From contig CAWDSK010000005.1 in assembly GCA_963804995.1 (NCBI GenBank), positions 1,216,001 through 1,280,000 on the forward strand: a stretch of DNA of 64,000 nt. The letters are read 5' to 3'. This DNA is from an uncultured Acidobacteriota bacterium. Its GTDB lineage: Bacteria; Acidobacteriota; Terriglobia; UBA7540. The position numbers were made by a program, and so were the translations under genes. This document shows, one piece after another, positions 54,291 through 64,000 of this stretch. The notes beneath the pieces are model-generated. The model worked only from the letters and a program-made list of their open reading frames with translations, did no database searches and was not told the origin of the DNA. Numbering within the stretch: position 1 is the stretch's first letter; each line of letters starts with the position of its first letter.

Positions 54291-54422
54291 GCGCGGGTGT
54301 CCTCACCCGCGTCTTCGAGGTAACGAGACACGTAAAGCGCGGGTGGGGACACCCGTATTAAACGCGGGTGGGGACACCCGCGCTACAAGCCCACGGCTCA
54401 CCGCCGACAGATGGGACCGGGT

Positions 54423-54665
54423 TTAGGGATTAGGGGCTAGGATTCAGGATAACTCCTGGCTTCTGGCTCCTGGCTCCCAGCTCCTAGCTTCTAACTCCTG
54501 GCTTCTGGCTCCTGGCTTCTATCCCCCAGCCCCGTATCCCGAGTCGCGAATCCCGATTCCAGATTCCAGATTTGAGATTGCCAAGTCCCGAATCCCGTAT
54601 CCCGTGTCCCGTATCCCCAGTCCCGTATCCCGTGTCCCGAACCCCGTATTCCGGCTCCCGAGCCC
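54423..54665. repeat. Degenerate heptamer tandem repeats
   Basis: (CTCCTGG/CTTCTGG)n then (ATCCCGT/GTCCCGT)n; similar short tracts at 52450-52497 and near 61310. Confidence 0.85.
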
Positions 54666-54835
54666 TCGCCCCTCGGACATTATGACCCACCGGGGTTGTC
54701 CCAGAAGTAGCCCATAGCGGGGTGTAGCGAGCGAGGTCCCACCAAAAAGCCCCTATGTGGGACTGGCAGTACCCCGCACGGAGATTTCCGGACGCCAGAA
54801 GCATTCAGCCGTCGTCACCCACCTGACCGACTTCG

Positions 54836-55002
54836 CTCGCCCGTGACACACTTCCCCATATCGGATATCGGCAGGTCTGCGACGCAGGATGAAGTCGAAG
54901 AGACTGGGCGAAAGGTTCGCCGCAGGGAGGACTAGGCAGTGCCACCCCTGACTGATTGGGACCCGGCCGTGACACACTTCCCCGTATCGGTTATCGGCAG
55001 AT
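54836..55002 (-). repeat. Two tandem copies (B and C) of the 41-bp site family
   Basis: CCGTGACACACTTCCCC(A/G)TATCGG(A/T)TATCGGCAG at 54841 and 54967. Confidence 0.85.
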
Positions 55003-55079
55003 CGATGCCCGACCCTGAGCTCGCCAATCAAATTGGAATTTGGCAATCGCTCAATCGCCCGATGAACTGATGAGTCCGC

Positions 55080-56162
55080 CTATCGTTTGATGCGCGCCGA
55101 TCCACCCTTCATCACGTGCTTCACTTCCTCCAGGGTGATCATGCTGGTGTCGCCGCGCGTCGATTGCAACAGCGCGCCGTGTGCCGCGCCCATGTCCACT
55201 GCTTCCTGCGGGGTCATGCCGCCGAGCAGGGCCAGAACGGTGCCGCTGCAGAAACCGTCGCCGCCACCCACGCGGTCTTCGATCTCCAGACCTTCGTAGC
55301 GTTTCGATTGATAAAACTGGCCCTCGAAGTAGAGGATGGCGGACCAGTTGTTCACGAGGCCACTCACCACTTCGCGTAGTGTGGTGCCCACGGCCTGGAT
55401 GTGCGGGTACTTGCCCACCACCTGCTCAACCATGCGCTTGTAGCCTTCAATGGGCAGCTTCTTCAGCGACTCGTCCACGCCTTCAACTTTGAAGCCCAGA
55501 ACTTTTTGGAAATCCTCTTCATTGCCGATCAGCACATCAATGAAGGGCACCAGTTCTTTGGTGACCGCGATAGCTTTCTCACTCGACCAGAGCTTGCTGC
55601 GGAAGTTGAGGTCGTAGCTGACCACGGTTCCGGCCGCGTGGGCCGCTTGCATGGACTCCTTGGTCACGGCGGCGCTGGAGTCGCTGAGCGCCGTGCAGAT
55701 GCCGCCCGTGTGATACCACCGCACCCCGCGCCCGAAAATCTTCTTCCAATCGACTTCGCCCGGCTGGATGTGCGAGGCGGCGGAGTGGCCGCGGTCATAC
55801 AGAGTCACACTGCCGCGCACGCCGATGCCAACCTCGGTGAAATTCAACCCAATGCGGTCGGCCTTGCCCACGCCGTCGTAGGGTACCCAGACGACGTCAC
55901 TGATATCCATTCCTGAGGCGCGAGCGTGGTTGCGGATGAACGCTCCCAGCGGATTCTCAACCAGGCGCGAGATCCACGAGGTGCGCAGGCCCAAGCGGCT
56001 GAGGGCGTAGCTGACGTTGTACTCACCGCCCCCCACCCAGGCTTCAAAATACGGTGTCAGCTCGATTCGTTGGTGGCCCGGCGGGCTCAGGCGAATCATG
56101 CACTCGCCGAAAGTCAGGACATCCAGTTGGCATTCGCTTGCGGCTTTCAGTTTCAAAGGCAT
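55080..56162 (-). CDS. kdgK: PfkB family sugar kinase, 2-keto-3-deoxygluconate kinase-like
   Basis: FGECMIRL, GGGEYNV, SYDLNFRSKLWS, GNEED, DRVGGGDGF. Confidence 0.85.
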   Translation of the reverse strand: MPLKLKAASECQLDVLTFGECMIRLSPPGHQRIELTPYFEAWVGGGEYNVSYALSRLGLRTSWISRLVENPLGAFIRNHARASGMDISDVVWVPYDGVGKADRIGLNFTEVGIGVRGSVTLYDRGHSAASHIQPGEVDWKKIFGRGVRWYHTGGICTALSDSSAAVTKESMQAAHAAGTVVSYDLNFRSKLWSSEKAIAVTKELVPFIDVLIGNEEDFQKVLGFKVEGVDESLKKLPIEGYKRMVEQVVGKYPHIQAVGTTLREVVSGLVNNWSAILYFEGQFYQSKRYEGLEIEDRVGGGDGFCSGTVLALLGGMTPQEAVDMGAAHGALLQSTRGDTSMITLEEVKHVMKGGSARIKR

Positions 56163-56334
56163 GAAAAATCCTCCATCCAGGAATTATGGCGTAAAAGAAT
56201 GCTCCAGCGGGGAAGTGGATTCAAGACAAGACTGCGAGGAATCCTACGCCTTTCCCGCGCAGAATTGAATAGCACAATCTCACGAAGTTGAGAAGCCACT
56301 CGCACGCGGATCCCGCACGCCGGGGCAAAGCATC

Positions 56335-57267
56335 TCATGAGGTCGGGATGTAGTTCTGCACCTGTTTCTTAGCCACCCTCGCCATCACCCATTTGTCGAC
56401 AGCCAATATGGCGGTCAGGAAGATCACGACCACCACGGCTGAAGCCGCATCGGGCGGCGCCTCACCCGGGCTCGTGTCCGGCTTGGTAATCCCCAGGGCG
56501 ACCAGAATCCAAAAGACCATCGCGAAAAACACGATGGCTTCCACCAGGAAATGGGCGAGTCCGAGGAACGGGTGGCCGGTGTAGAAGAAGCCACCACCGG
56601 GAATCAGGATGGAGCGCCATAGCGCTTGCTTCTCGTCTTTGAAAGTGAGGCGGCACCTGGGGCATTCGTAGACACTCGGCGTGAGCACCGCGCGGCACTC
56701 CGGACAGACGCTGGTTACGGACAACGCGGGAGAGGTCTCGCTGGTCGCAGAGGGAAGCAGCGCCTCCAGCAGAACCTTAATCTTATTCGAGTCGTCCCGG
56801 ATCATGCCCCAATAGACTTCCTTTTTGCCGTTGCGATACTTGATGTCAAGCTTGGCGGCCAGCCATCCCTTTACCTTGGCCTCTTCCATGTCGCCCCAGC
56901 GGGCGCTGCGCACCCCTCTTTTCCAAGTGCCATTGGATTGCACAAACAATTGCAGGAGTCGCCGATTGGTCAAGACGAGCATGGAGGGAGGAGCCAGGTA
57001 ATAGGCATGCCATCCCAGAAAGTAGCGCTCAACGCCAGCCAGCATGATCTGGCCGCGGGCGATATACAGGACCGCCTCTTCGGGTTCCAGGAATTTACGT
57101 AGGGGCTCCTGCAGCTTATCGATGGCCTGCTCCGCGCGCTTGCGGATGCCCTTCTTCTCACCCCCCTTGGAGTTCGTAAACGCGGTGTCCTCCCGCACTA
57201 GCACGCCGAAGTGGGAGGAAAGCCGCACGGGCTGCTCGGTGTGTACAGGAATCTGGGCACTGGGCAC
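56335..57267 (-). CDS. Hypothetical membrane protein (PH-like N-domain, Zn ribbon, C-terminal TMs)
   Basis: LVLTNRRLL, CPEC..CPRC, IPGGGFFYTG; RBS GAGGTG. Confidence 0.7.
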   Translation of the reverse strand: MPSAQIPVHTEQPVRLSSHFGVLVREDTAFTNSKGGEKKGIRKRAEQAIDKLQEPLRKFLEPEEAVLYIARGQIMLAGVERYFLGWHAYYLAPPSMLVLTNRRLLQLFVQSNGTWKRGVRSARWGDMEEAKVKGWLAAKLDIKYRNGKKEVYWGMIRDDSNKIKVLLEALLPSATSETSPALSVTSVCPECRAVLTPSVYECPRCRLTFKDEKQALWRSILIPGGGFFYTGHPFLGLAHFLVEAIVFFAMVFWILVALGITKPDTSPGEAPPDAASAVVVVIFLTAILAVDKWVMARVAKKQVQNYIPTS

Positions 57268-57583
57268 ATGTCACCTCTCGAAACGGAGGATAGGAAAATA
57301 CCGGGATGAACCGCATTCTATTTCGAAGCGGATAGCACCGCAATGATGATTGTGACCGGTTGTAGGGGCGCTTCGGGACCTGTCCCGCTGGCTGGCGCAG
57401 ACCCTTGTTTTTGAGGGTCTGCGCTGCCCTGAAGGGGCAGGCAAGATCTGGCAACTCGATGAATCAGGCCAGGACTGTAAGTGCGCTTCTGGAACGGAAT
57501 GCCGCTGAAGAATCTATACTTGAGAATGACTTGCCGGAAAGTGTCCATTTGGGACATCGCAGACCCCAACGTGCAGGGGTCTG

Positions 57584-59496
57584 GTGCGCCGGGATAAACC
57601 GGCAGAAAGCAGAGAATGAAAATTTCTCACGAGGAAGGAGCAGCGATCCACTCGGCCCCGAGTTTTGCGCTGGGCGTCGTGAGGCGCACGGTGAAGCGTA
57701 AACAGGGGAATAGGTGGGCTGGGTATTGAGCTTCGAAAATGTCCAATCAGGACGCCGACGTTTTCAGACTAAACGGAAGGCAACATGAGGCCGGGACGCC
57801 AACGCGAGTTCCGGCACAGTCCTGCGTAGTCGTAGACCCCAGACACGCCTAGACACTTTCTGCACGAGAACCGGGAGACCTCGGAGGCGCCGGCCGCCGT
57901 AGATCGTGGCCGGACGGCGGGAAAAGGCGATGGCCGTACAGCCCGCCTGCACGCTTTCGAGGAGTCGGACAGCGGAACAGTACCGATGAATCATTTGAAC
58001 AAAGACGGGAAGCCGTTGGCGGAGAATGAGGAGGGAAGGCCGCTGATCAAGGAGAACACCCGTTGGCCTAACACGCACCCGACACAGAGCGGGGCACGCG
58101 TGTCCCAGGGACTCGCGGGTGTGCGGAAAGCCGCGAAGGAACACAGGGAGATGAAGTTCACGGCCTTGCTCCACCACTTAACGGTCGATCTGCTGCGGGA
58201 AAGCTTTTACGCCTTGAAGCGAAAAGCTGCACCGGGAGTAGACGGCATGACGTGGCAGGAGTATGAAAGCGGGCTGGAAGGTCGACTCGTCGATCTGCAC
58301 AGCCGGGTCCACCGTGGAGCATTCCGAGCGAAGCCCTCGCGAAGGGCGTATATCCCGAAAGGCGACGGGCGGCAACGTCCGTTGGGGGTTGCGGCACTGG
58401 AGGACAAGATCGTCCAACAGGCCGTGGTCACCATCCTCAATGCGATTTACGAGGAAGACTTTCTGGGCTTCTCGTATGGCTTTCGACCGGGATGCAGCCA
58501 GCATCAAGCGCTGGACGCGCTCTCGTACGCGCTCACGGTGAAGCACGTGAACTACGTTCTTGACGCGGACATTCGTGGATTTTTCGATTCGATATCCCAC
58601 GAATGGATGCTCAAGTTCGTGCAGCATCGCGTCGCCGACCCCCGGATTCTCCGGCTCATCCAGAAATGGCTGAAAGCCGGGGTGAGGGAGGAAGGCGAAT
58701 GGTCGGAGACGGAGATGGGTACGCCACAAGGGGCGGTGGTCTCGCCCCTGCTGGCGAATATCTATCTGCACTACGTCTTTGACCTGTGGGTGCAGGCGTG
58801 GCGCAAGAAGCACGCCCGGGGAGACGTGGTCGTGGTGCGGTATGCCGACGATACGGTCCTTGGATTCCAATCGCAGACGGAAGCCGACCGCTTTCTGGAG
58901 GATTTCCGGGAGCGGGTGGGGAAGTTTGGATTGGAACTGCATCCTGACAAAACGCGCCGGATCGAGTTCGGGCCGTTTGCCGAACTTTACCGGAAACGGA
59001 GAGGAGAAGGTAAGCCGGAGACGTTCGACTTTCTGGGCTTCACGCATATCAGCGGGAAGAACCGGAGGGGGCAATTTACCGTGAAGCGGAAGACGATCAG
59101 CAAGCGCCTGCGGGGGAAGTTGCAGGAACTCAAGCAACAACTCCGGCAGCGTCGGCACGATCCCATCGCGGATACGGGTAAATGGCTCCGGTCGGTCGTG
59201 CAAGGCTACTTCAACTATCACGCGGTACCGGGAAACCTCGACCGCCTGCGAATCTTTCGGGAACGGTTGACCCGACTGTGGCGAACACAACTGCGTCAAC
59301 GCAGTCAACGCCACCGCCTCAACTGGGACCGACTGGGGAAGCTTGCGGCCTGCTGGTTGCCTGCTCCGCACGTTGTGCATCCTTGGCCATCCCAACGGTT
59401 CGCCGCCACACATCCGAGATAAGAGCCGTATGCGCTAACCAGCGCACGTACGGATCCGTGCGGGGGGTACCGGGTAACCGGTATCCCTACCGCAAC
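57584..59496 (+). mobile_element. Complete group II intron
   Basis: 5' GTGCG at 57584; EBS1 CAGACT (57765-57770) in a CGTTT/AAACG stem-loop pairs with 5' exon GGTCTG; DV GAGCCGTATGCG...CACGTACGGATC; ends CCCTACCGCAAC. Confidence 0.9.
57986..59422 (+). CDS. ltrA: Group II intron reverse transcriptase/maturase (no endonuclease domain)
   Basis: APGVDG, RPLG, SYGFRPG, DADIRGFFD, GTPQG, RYADD, FDFLGF, GYFNYH; start uncertain. Confidence 0.93.
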   Translation: MNHLNKDGKPLAENEEGRPLIKENTRWPNTHPTQSGARVSQGLAGVRKAAKEHREMKFTALLHHLTVDLLRESFYALKRKAAPGVDGMTWQEYESGLEGRLVDLHSRVHRGAFRAKPSRRAYIPKGDGRQRPLGVAALEDKIVQQAVVTILNAIYEEDFLGFSYGFRPGCSQHQALDALSYALTVKHVNYVLDADIRGFFDSISHEWMLKFVQHRVADPRILRLIQKWLKAGVREEGEWSETEMGTPQGAVVSPLLANIYLHYVFDLWVQAWRKKHARGDVVVVRYADDTVLGFQSQTEADRFLEDFRERVGKFGLELHPDKTRRIEFGPFAELYRKRRGEGKPETFDFLGFTHISGKNRRGQFTVKRKTISKRLRGKLQELKQQLRQRRHDPIADTGKWLRSVVQGYFNYHAVPGNLDRLRIFRERLTRLWRTQLRQRSQRHRLNWDRLGKLAACWLPAPHVVHPWPSQRFAATHPR

Positions 59497-59826
59497 CGCC
59501 AGCCTCCGGGTGGAATCCTCTTTACGGAATCATTGTCATGACCGACGTAGTGGCGCGCGACCTGTCCCGAACTGATCGCGAAGCATCGTGGCGAAAACCT
59601 GACAGATGCGACAAACTTACCCAGGTGTCAGATGATTCCCAAAACTTTGCACCCCAAAGCGGTAACTTTTAGTTAGAATGGTGGGCCCGAGTTTGAAGTT
59701 CGGGAGTGGTACGATCCTGCTGATACGCTTTCGGCCCCGGAAGGGTTGGAGGCGGGCCCGTTCTGCAAGCGAGCCCCGCGTTGGACAAGTACCCGAAGCG
59801 CTCCAACAAATTTGCCAGGAGGTAAT

Positions 59827-61284
59827 ATGCCAAGTGCAAGTTGCGACATCGGACTGATTGGTCTGGCTGTCATGGGCCAGAACCTTGTCTTGAATATGAA
59901 CGACCACGGTTACAAGGTGGCCGTGTTTAATCGCACCGTATCCAAGGTGGATGACTTTATCAAGAATGAAGCCGCGGGTACCGAGGTAGTGGGAACGCAC
60001 TCGATGGCCGAATTGGCTCAGGTGCTCAAGCGCCCCCGCCGCGTGATGCTGATGGTCAAGGCCGGTGAGGCCGTTGACAAGATGATTGAAGATCTTCTGC
60101 CCCACCTCGAAGCGGGCGACATCATCATCGACGGCGGCAACTCGCATTGGCCGGACACCAGCCGCCGCACCAAATACCTTGCGGGAAAGGGGTTCCTCTA
60201 CATCGGCACTGGCGTTTCGGGTGGCGAGGAAGGCGCGCGCAATGGGCCGTCCATCATGCCCGGTGGGAATCCCGCCGCCTGGCCGCATGTGAAGGCCATC
60301 TTCCAGGCCATCGCTGCCAAGGTTGAGGACGGCTCGCCCTGCTGCGATTGGGTGGGCGAGGATGGCGCCGGGCATTATGTGAAGATGGTGCACAACGGTA
60401 TTGAGTACGGCGACATGCAACTGATCTGCGAGGCCTACCAGGTGATGAAAGACGCCTTGGGCCTCACCCCCGATGAATTGCACGAGGTCTTTTCCGAGTG
60501 GAACAAGGGCGAGCTCGACAGTTACCTCATCGACATCACCAGCCAGATCTTTGCCAAGAAGGATGACGATGGCACTCCGATGGTCGACAAGATCCTCGAC
60601 ACCGCCGGCCAGAAAGGCACCGGCAAGTGGACCTGCCTCAGCGCGCTCGACCTCGGCATGCCCGTGACTTTGATTGGCGAAGCCGTATTCTCACGCTGTC
60701 TATCGGCCATCAAGGCTGAACGCGTGGCCGCCTCAGCCGTCCTGCCCGGACCCAAGTACACTGTGACCGAGGACCGCAAGGCTTTTATCGAAGATGTGAG
60801 GCGCGCGCTTTATTGTTCCAAGATTATTTCCTACGCGCAGGGTTACATGCTTCTGCGCGAGGCGGCAAAGGACCAGGGCTGGAACCTCAACTTCGGCGGC
60901 ATCGCGCTCATGTGGCGCGGCGGGTGCATCATCCGCAGCCGCTTCCTAGGCAAGATCAAGGAAGCCTTCGATAAGAATCCCAAACTCACCAACCTGCTGC
61001 TGGATGAGTTCTTCACCAAAGTGCTGGTTGATTATCAGGCGGCATGGCGGAGAGCCATCATGCAGGCCATCCAATGCGGAGTGCCGACGCCTGCCTTCAC
61101 CACGGCGCTGGCGTTCTACGATGGTTACCGCACCGGTCGCCTGCCTGCCAACCTGCTCCAGGCGCAGCGGGATTTCTTTGGGGCCCACACCTATGAGCGC
61201 GTCGACAAGCCGCGCGGCCAGTTCTTCCACACTAACTGGACAGGACATGGCGGCAAGGTGGCCTCCGGCGTTTATAACGTGTAG
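59827..61284 (+). CDS. gnd: 6-phosphogluconate dehydrogenase, decarboxylating
   Basis: GLAVMGQNL, MVKAG, KMVHNGIEYGDMQ, QKGTGKW, QRDFFGAHTY. Confidence 0.97.
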   Translation: MPSASCDIGLIGLAVMGQNLVLNMNDHGYKVAVFNRTVSKVDDFIKNEAAGTEVVGTHSMAELAQVLKRPRRVMLMVKAGEAVDKMIEDLLPHLEAGDIIIDGGNSHWPDTSRRTKYLAGKGFLYIGTGVSGGEEGARNGPSIMPGGNPAAWPHVKAIFQAIAAKVEDGSPCCDWVGEDGAGHYVKMVHNGIEYGDMQLICEAYQVMKDALGLTPDELHEVFSEWNKGELDSYLIDITSQIFAKKDDDGTPMVDKILDTAGQKGTGKWTCLSALDLGMPVTLIGEAVFSRCLSAIKAERVAASAVLPGPKYTVTEDRKAFIEDVRRALYCSKIISYAQGYMLLREAAKDQGWNLNFGGIALMWRGGCIIRSRFLGKIKEAFDKNPKLTNLLLDEFFTKVLVDYQAAWRRAIMQAIQCGVPTPAFTTALAFYDGYRTGRLPANLLQAQRDFFGAHTYERVDKPRGQFFHTNWTGHGGKVASGVYNV

Positions 61285-61361
61285 CCAAGAGCCGGCAGCT
61301 AACAGTTGGACGCTTTGGCTGTGAGCTGTCGGCTGTCAGCTTAAAATCACAAGGAGCGTAT

Positions 61362-62444
61362 ATGAAGTACGGCTTAAACATTCTTCCCAGCGGTGCCCTG
61401 GATTTCTTATCCCTGGGCGCCCTGGTGCATCGACTCGATCCAGGAATCATCCCCTTCCGCAAAGCTACCGAATGCAAGATTCATGTCAGCGGCGGGGAGT
61501 TCAATTGCGCTGCTAACCTGGCGGACTGCTTCCGAATGCAAACTGGCGTGGCGACCGCCATGGTGGACTATCCCATCGGCGATTTGATTGCCGAGCGGGT
61601 GCGCGCCATGGGCGTGAAGCCTTTTTACAAGCACTTCAAGCACAACGGCGTTACGGGGCCGAACATGGCTACCGTCTACAGCGACCGCGGCCAGGGCGTG
61701 CGCGGGCCGGTGGTTTTCTACAACCGCTGCAATGAAGCCGGCGCCATGCTCAAGCCCGGTGACTTCGACTGGAAAGCCATCTTCAGCGGCGGGGTGCGCT
61801 GGTTCCATAGCGGTGGCATCTTCGCAGCCTTGTCTCAAACCACTGGCGAGTTGATCCAGGAAGGGATGCAGGCTGCGAAGGCGGCGGGCGCCATAACTTC
61901 GTTCGATCTGAACTATCGCGCCAAGCTCTGGAACATCTGGGGCGGCCACGAACGGGCGCTGTCCGTCATTGCCGGAATCGTCAAGCACGTCGACGTCCTG
62001 GTGGGCAACGAAGAAGACCTCCAGATGGGGCTGGGAATTCCGGGTCCGGAAGTCGCGGCGAAGTCCAAGCTCGACCCCAGCGCTTTCTTTGGCATGATCG
62101 ACAAGGTGATAGCCAAATACCCCCATGTCAAGATTGTCGCCACCACGCTGCGGGAGGTCCATTCCAGCAACCGGCACAGTTGGAGTGCGGTGGCTTGGAT
62201 CGACGGCAAGACTTACGTGGCCCCGACGGCCGAACTTGATGTCCTCGATCGCGTGGGCGGCGGAGACGGCTATGCCTCCGGCTTCTTCTACGGCCTGCTG
62301 ACCGGCGAGGAACCGGAGGAAGCCGTGAAGCTCGGCTGGGCGCATGGAGCACTGATCACCACCTTCCCGGGTGACACGACCATGTCCACTGTCGAGCAGG
62401 TGCGAGCCTTTGCCAAAGGCGGCTCAGCGCGCATCCAGCGATAA
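61362..62444 (+). CDS. PfkB family sugar kinase, KdgK-like paralog
   Basis: SGGEFNCA, FDLNYRAKLW, GNEEDL, DRVGGGDGY. Confidence 0.85.
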   Translation: MKYGLNILPSGALDFLSLGALVHRLDPGIIPFRKATECKIHVSGGEFNCAANLADCFRMQTGVATAMVDYPIGDLIAERVRAMGVKPFYKHFKHNGVTGPNMATVYSDRGQGVRGPVVFYNRCNEAGAMLKPGDFDWKAIFSGGVRWFHSGGIFAALSQTTGELIQEGMQAAKAAGAITSFDLNYRAKLWNIWGGHERALSVIAGIVKHVDVLVGNEEDLQMGLGIPGPEVAAKSKLDPSAFFGMIDKVIAKYPHVKIVATTLREVHSSNRHSWSAVAWIDGKTYVAPTAELDVLDRVGGGDGYASGFFYGLLTGEEPEEAVKLGWAHGALITTFPGDTTMSTVEQVRAFAKGGSARIQR

Positions 62445-62901
62445 ATAGGTCTGTACAAAACCTCTGCGGTGACGCCAGGTTCCGCCTCCCGGGGCCGGCG
62501 TCGCCGTCGCACACTCTGGTGCGTATGGATCGTCCGCGAGCCGCGTGCCAGGCGTAGTCAGAATCTCATCAAGCCCGCAAGTATTGAACAACCCTAACCT
62601 GTGCTCGCCATCGATCCGGCACCCGCATCGTAGGAGACGGACCCAGAGCGTTTGGAATTCACTTTGCCAGTGCAACCTGGACGCAGCAGGTTAAGGGAAT
62701 ATGAAATTTTCTTTACGATTGGGAAATCTTCAACTTCCTGCAATCTTGTGTTGCAACAGTATATAATTTGGGATTCCGGTCGGCTCCTTTCTGGCTTTGG
62801 TGGCATCTAAATTGTTGTGGGGAATTCGAAAGGCCTGAGCAGGGGACTATCGGATTGCTGGGTGTTCTTAATCCGTCATATTCCTGTGGAGGACTAATCT
62901 C

Positions 62902-64000
62902 TTGGAAGGTCAAACCGCTACTTCAACCTCGAAATCCAGCCTGAGTCCGGCGCAGCTCGATCAGCTTTGCATCAATACCATTCGATTCCTTGCAGTTGAC
63001 GGTGTGCAGAAGGCCAACTCCGGCCACCCTGGTATGCCGATGGGGGCCGCGCCCATGGCATATGTGCTTTGGACTCGCTTCCTGCACCACGATCCCTTGA
63101 AGCCTGCCTGGCCGAATCGTGATCGGTTTGTGCTCTCCGCCGGCCACGGCTCGATGCTGCTTTACGGTTTGCTGCACCTGACGGGCTATGACATGCCGAT
63201 CTCGGAACTCGAGCAGTTCCGCCAGTGGGGAAGCAAAACGCCGGGGCACCCCGAGCATTGGCTGGTTCCGGGAATCGAAACCACCACGGGTCCTCTGGGG
63301 CAAGGTTTCGGCAACGGCGTGGGCATGGGGATTGCGCAAAAATATCTTGCCGCACACTTCAATCGCCCGGGCCACGAGATTGTTGATTACAAGATTTATG
63401 CCATCGCAGGCGACGGCGATCTGATGGAGGGTGTTTCCTCGGAGGCCGCCTCGCTGGCAGGCCATCTGAAGCTCGACAACCTGATCTATTTTTACGACAA
63501 CAATCATATCTCCATCGAAGGTTCAACTGACCTCGCATTCACAGAAGACCGTGGCAAGCGCTTCGAGGCTTACGATTGGTTCGTTCAGAAGGTCAGCGAC
63601 GGAAACGATCTTGAGGCGATTGATGCGGCCATTCGCGCCGCCCAAGCTGAGCGCGGACGGCCGTCCATCATCATGGTCCGCACCCACATCGGTTACGGCA
63701 GCCCCAACAAGCATGACACCGCGGAAGCCCACGGCTCGGCGCTCGGTGTGGAGGAAGTCAAACTCACCAAGCAGAATCTCGGCTGGCCACTGGCGCCGGC
63801 ATTCTTGGTTCCGGACGAAGCACGTGACCATTTCCGCATGGCTATCGAAAAAGGGGAGAAAGCTGAGGCTGAATGGCAGGGCCGGTTAGCCGCCTATCGC
63901 CAGGCTTTTCCCGAACTCGCCGCGGAGTGGGACCGATTCATCAAGGGTGAGCTGCCCGCGGGATGGCAGGCCAAGATTCCGACTTTCAGCCCTACGGATA
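62902..64000 (+). CDS. tkt: Transketolase (runs off the window end)
   Basis: TTG start after [57 protein letters not shown]. Confidence 0.96.
   Translation, partial: MEGQTATSTSKSSLSPAQLDQLCINTIRFLAVDGVQKANSGHPGMPMGAAPMAYVLWTRFLHHDPLKPAWPNRDRFVLSAGHGSMLLYGLLHLTGYDMPISELEQFRQWGSKTPGHPEHWLVPGIETTTGPLGQGFGNGVGMGIAQKYLAAHFNRPGHEIVDYKIYAIAGDGDLMEGVSSEAASLAGHLKLDNLIYFYDNNHISIEGSTDLAFTEDRGKRFEAYDWFVQKVSDGNDLEAIDAAIRAAQAERGRPSIIMVRTHIGYGSPNKHDTAEAHGSALGVEEVKLTKQNLGWPLAPAFLVPDEARDHFRMAIEKGEKAEAEWQGRLAAYRQAFPELAAEWDRFIKGELPAGWQAKIPTFSPTD

Noticed and set aside
54670..54835. Possible structured ncRNA
   Set aside because: Short stems exist but I recognise no family or promoter; needs an Rfam/covariation search.
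57986..59422. Retron, DGR or defence RT
   Set aside because: Has YADD, a maturase X domain and complete intron ends with DV/DVI.

Overview
GC-rich bacterial DNA; the gene content and repeat style suggest Acidobacteriota/Terriglobia (inference). Layout: (1) 1-17.7 kb, a Wzx/Wzy exopolysaccharide cluster with two acylation systems, three GT2s, a WecB/TagA GT, a Tat-exported GH10, Wzc, Wza and a methyltransferase. (2) 17.8-29 kb, a decayed defence/mobile region: a group II intron remnant, an rve-type IS, a shattered TOTE primase-helicase gene with an AIPR gene in its middle, a tRNA-Val 3' remnant, a truncated AbiE TA and a PBP fragment. (3) 29.0-39.7 kb, a cassette bounded by 41-bp inverted repeats. 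It carries a Bub-like ubiquitin-conjugation pair (Ubl-E2 fusion, JAB-E1 fusion), a divergent ECF-like sigma / small protein / IrrE-peptidase triad, a dCTP deaminase + GNAT-ASCH operon, and an inserted four-gene IS21. (4) IS66 and tRNA-Gly(CCC). (5) 42.7-55.0 kb, a type I R-M locus bracketed by a second 41-bp inverted-repeat family and dense in REP/REPIN palindromes. Two copies of an IS4-like element there each duplicate a whole 22-bp REP hairpin and make an AbrB-DDE transposase by -1 frameshifting. (6) Core sugar-acid and pentose-phosphate genes (two kdgK-like kinases, gnd, tkt) with a complete group II intron inserted in a palindrome. Best novelty candidates: the sigma/anti-sigma/IrrE-linked Ubl polyprotein system, the REP-duplicating IS, the DCD + GNAT-ASCH pair, and the inverted-repeat-bounded defence cassettes. 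All family calls are by motif recognition; no searches were run.
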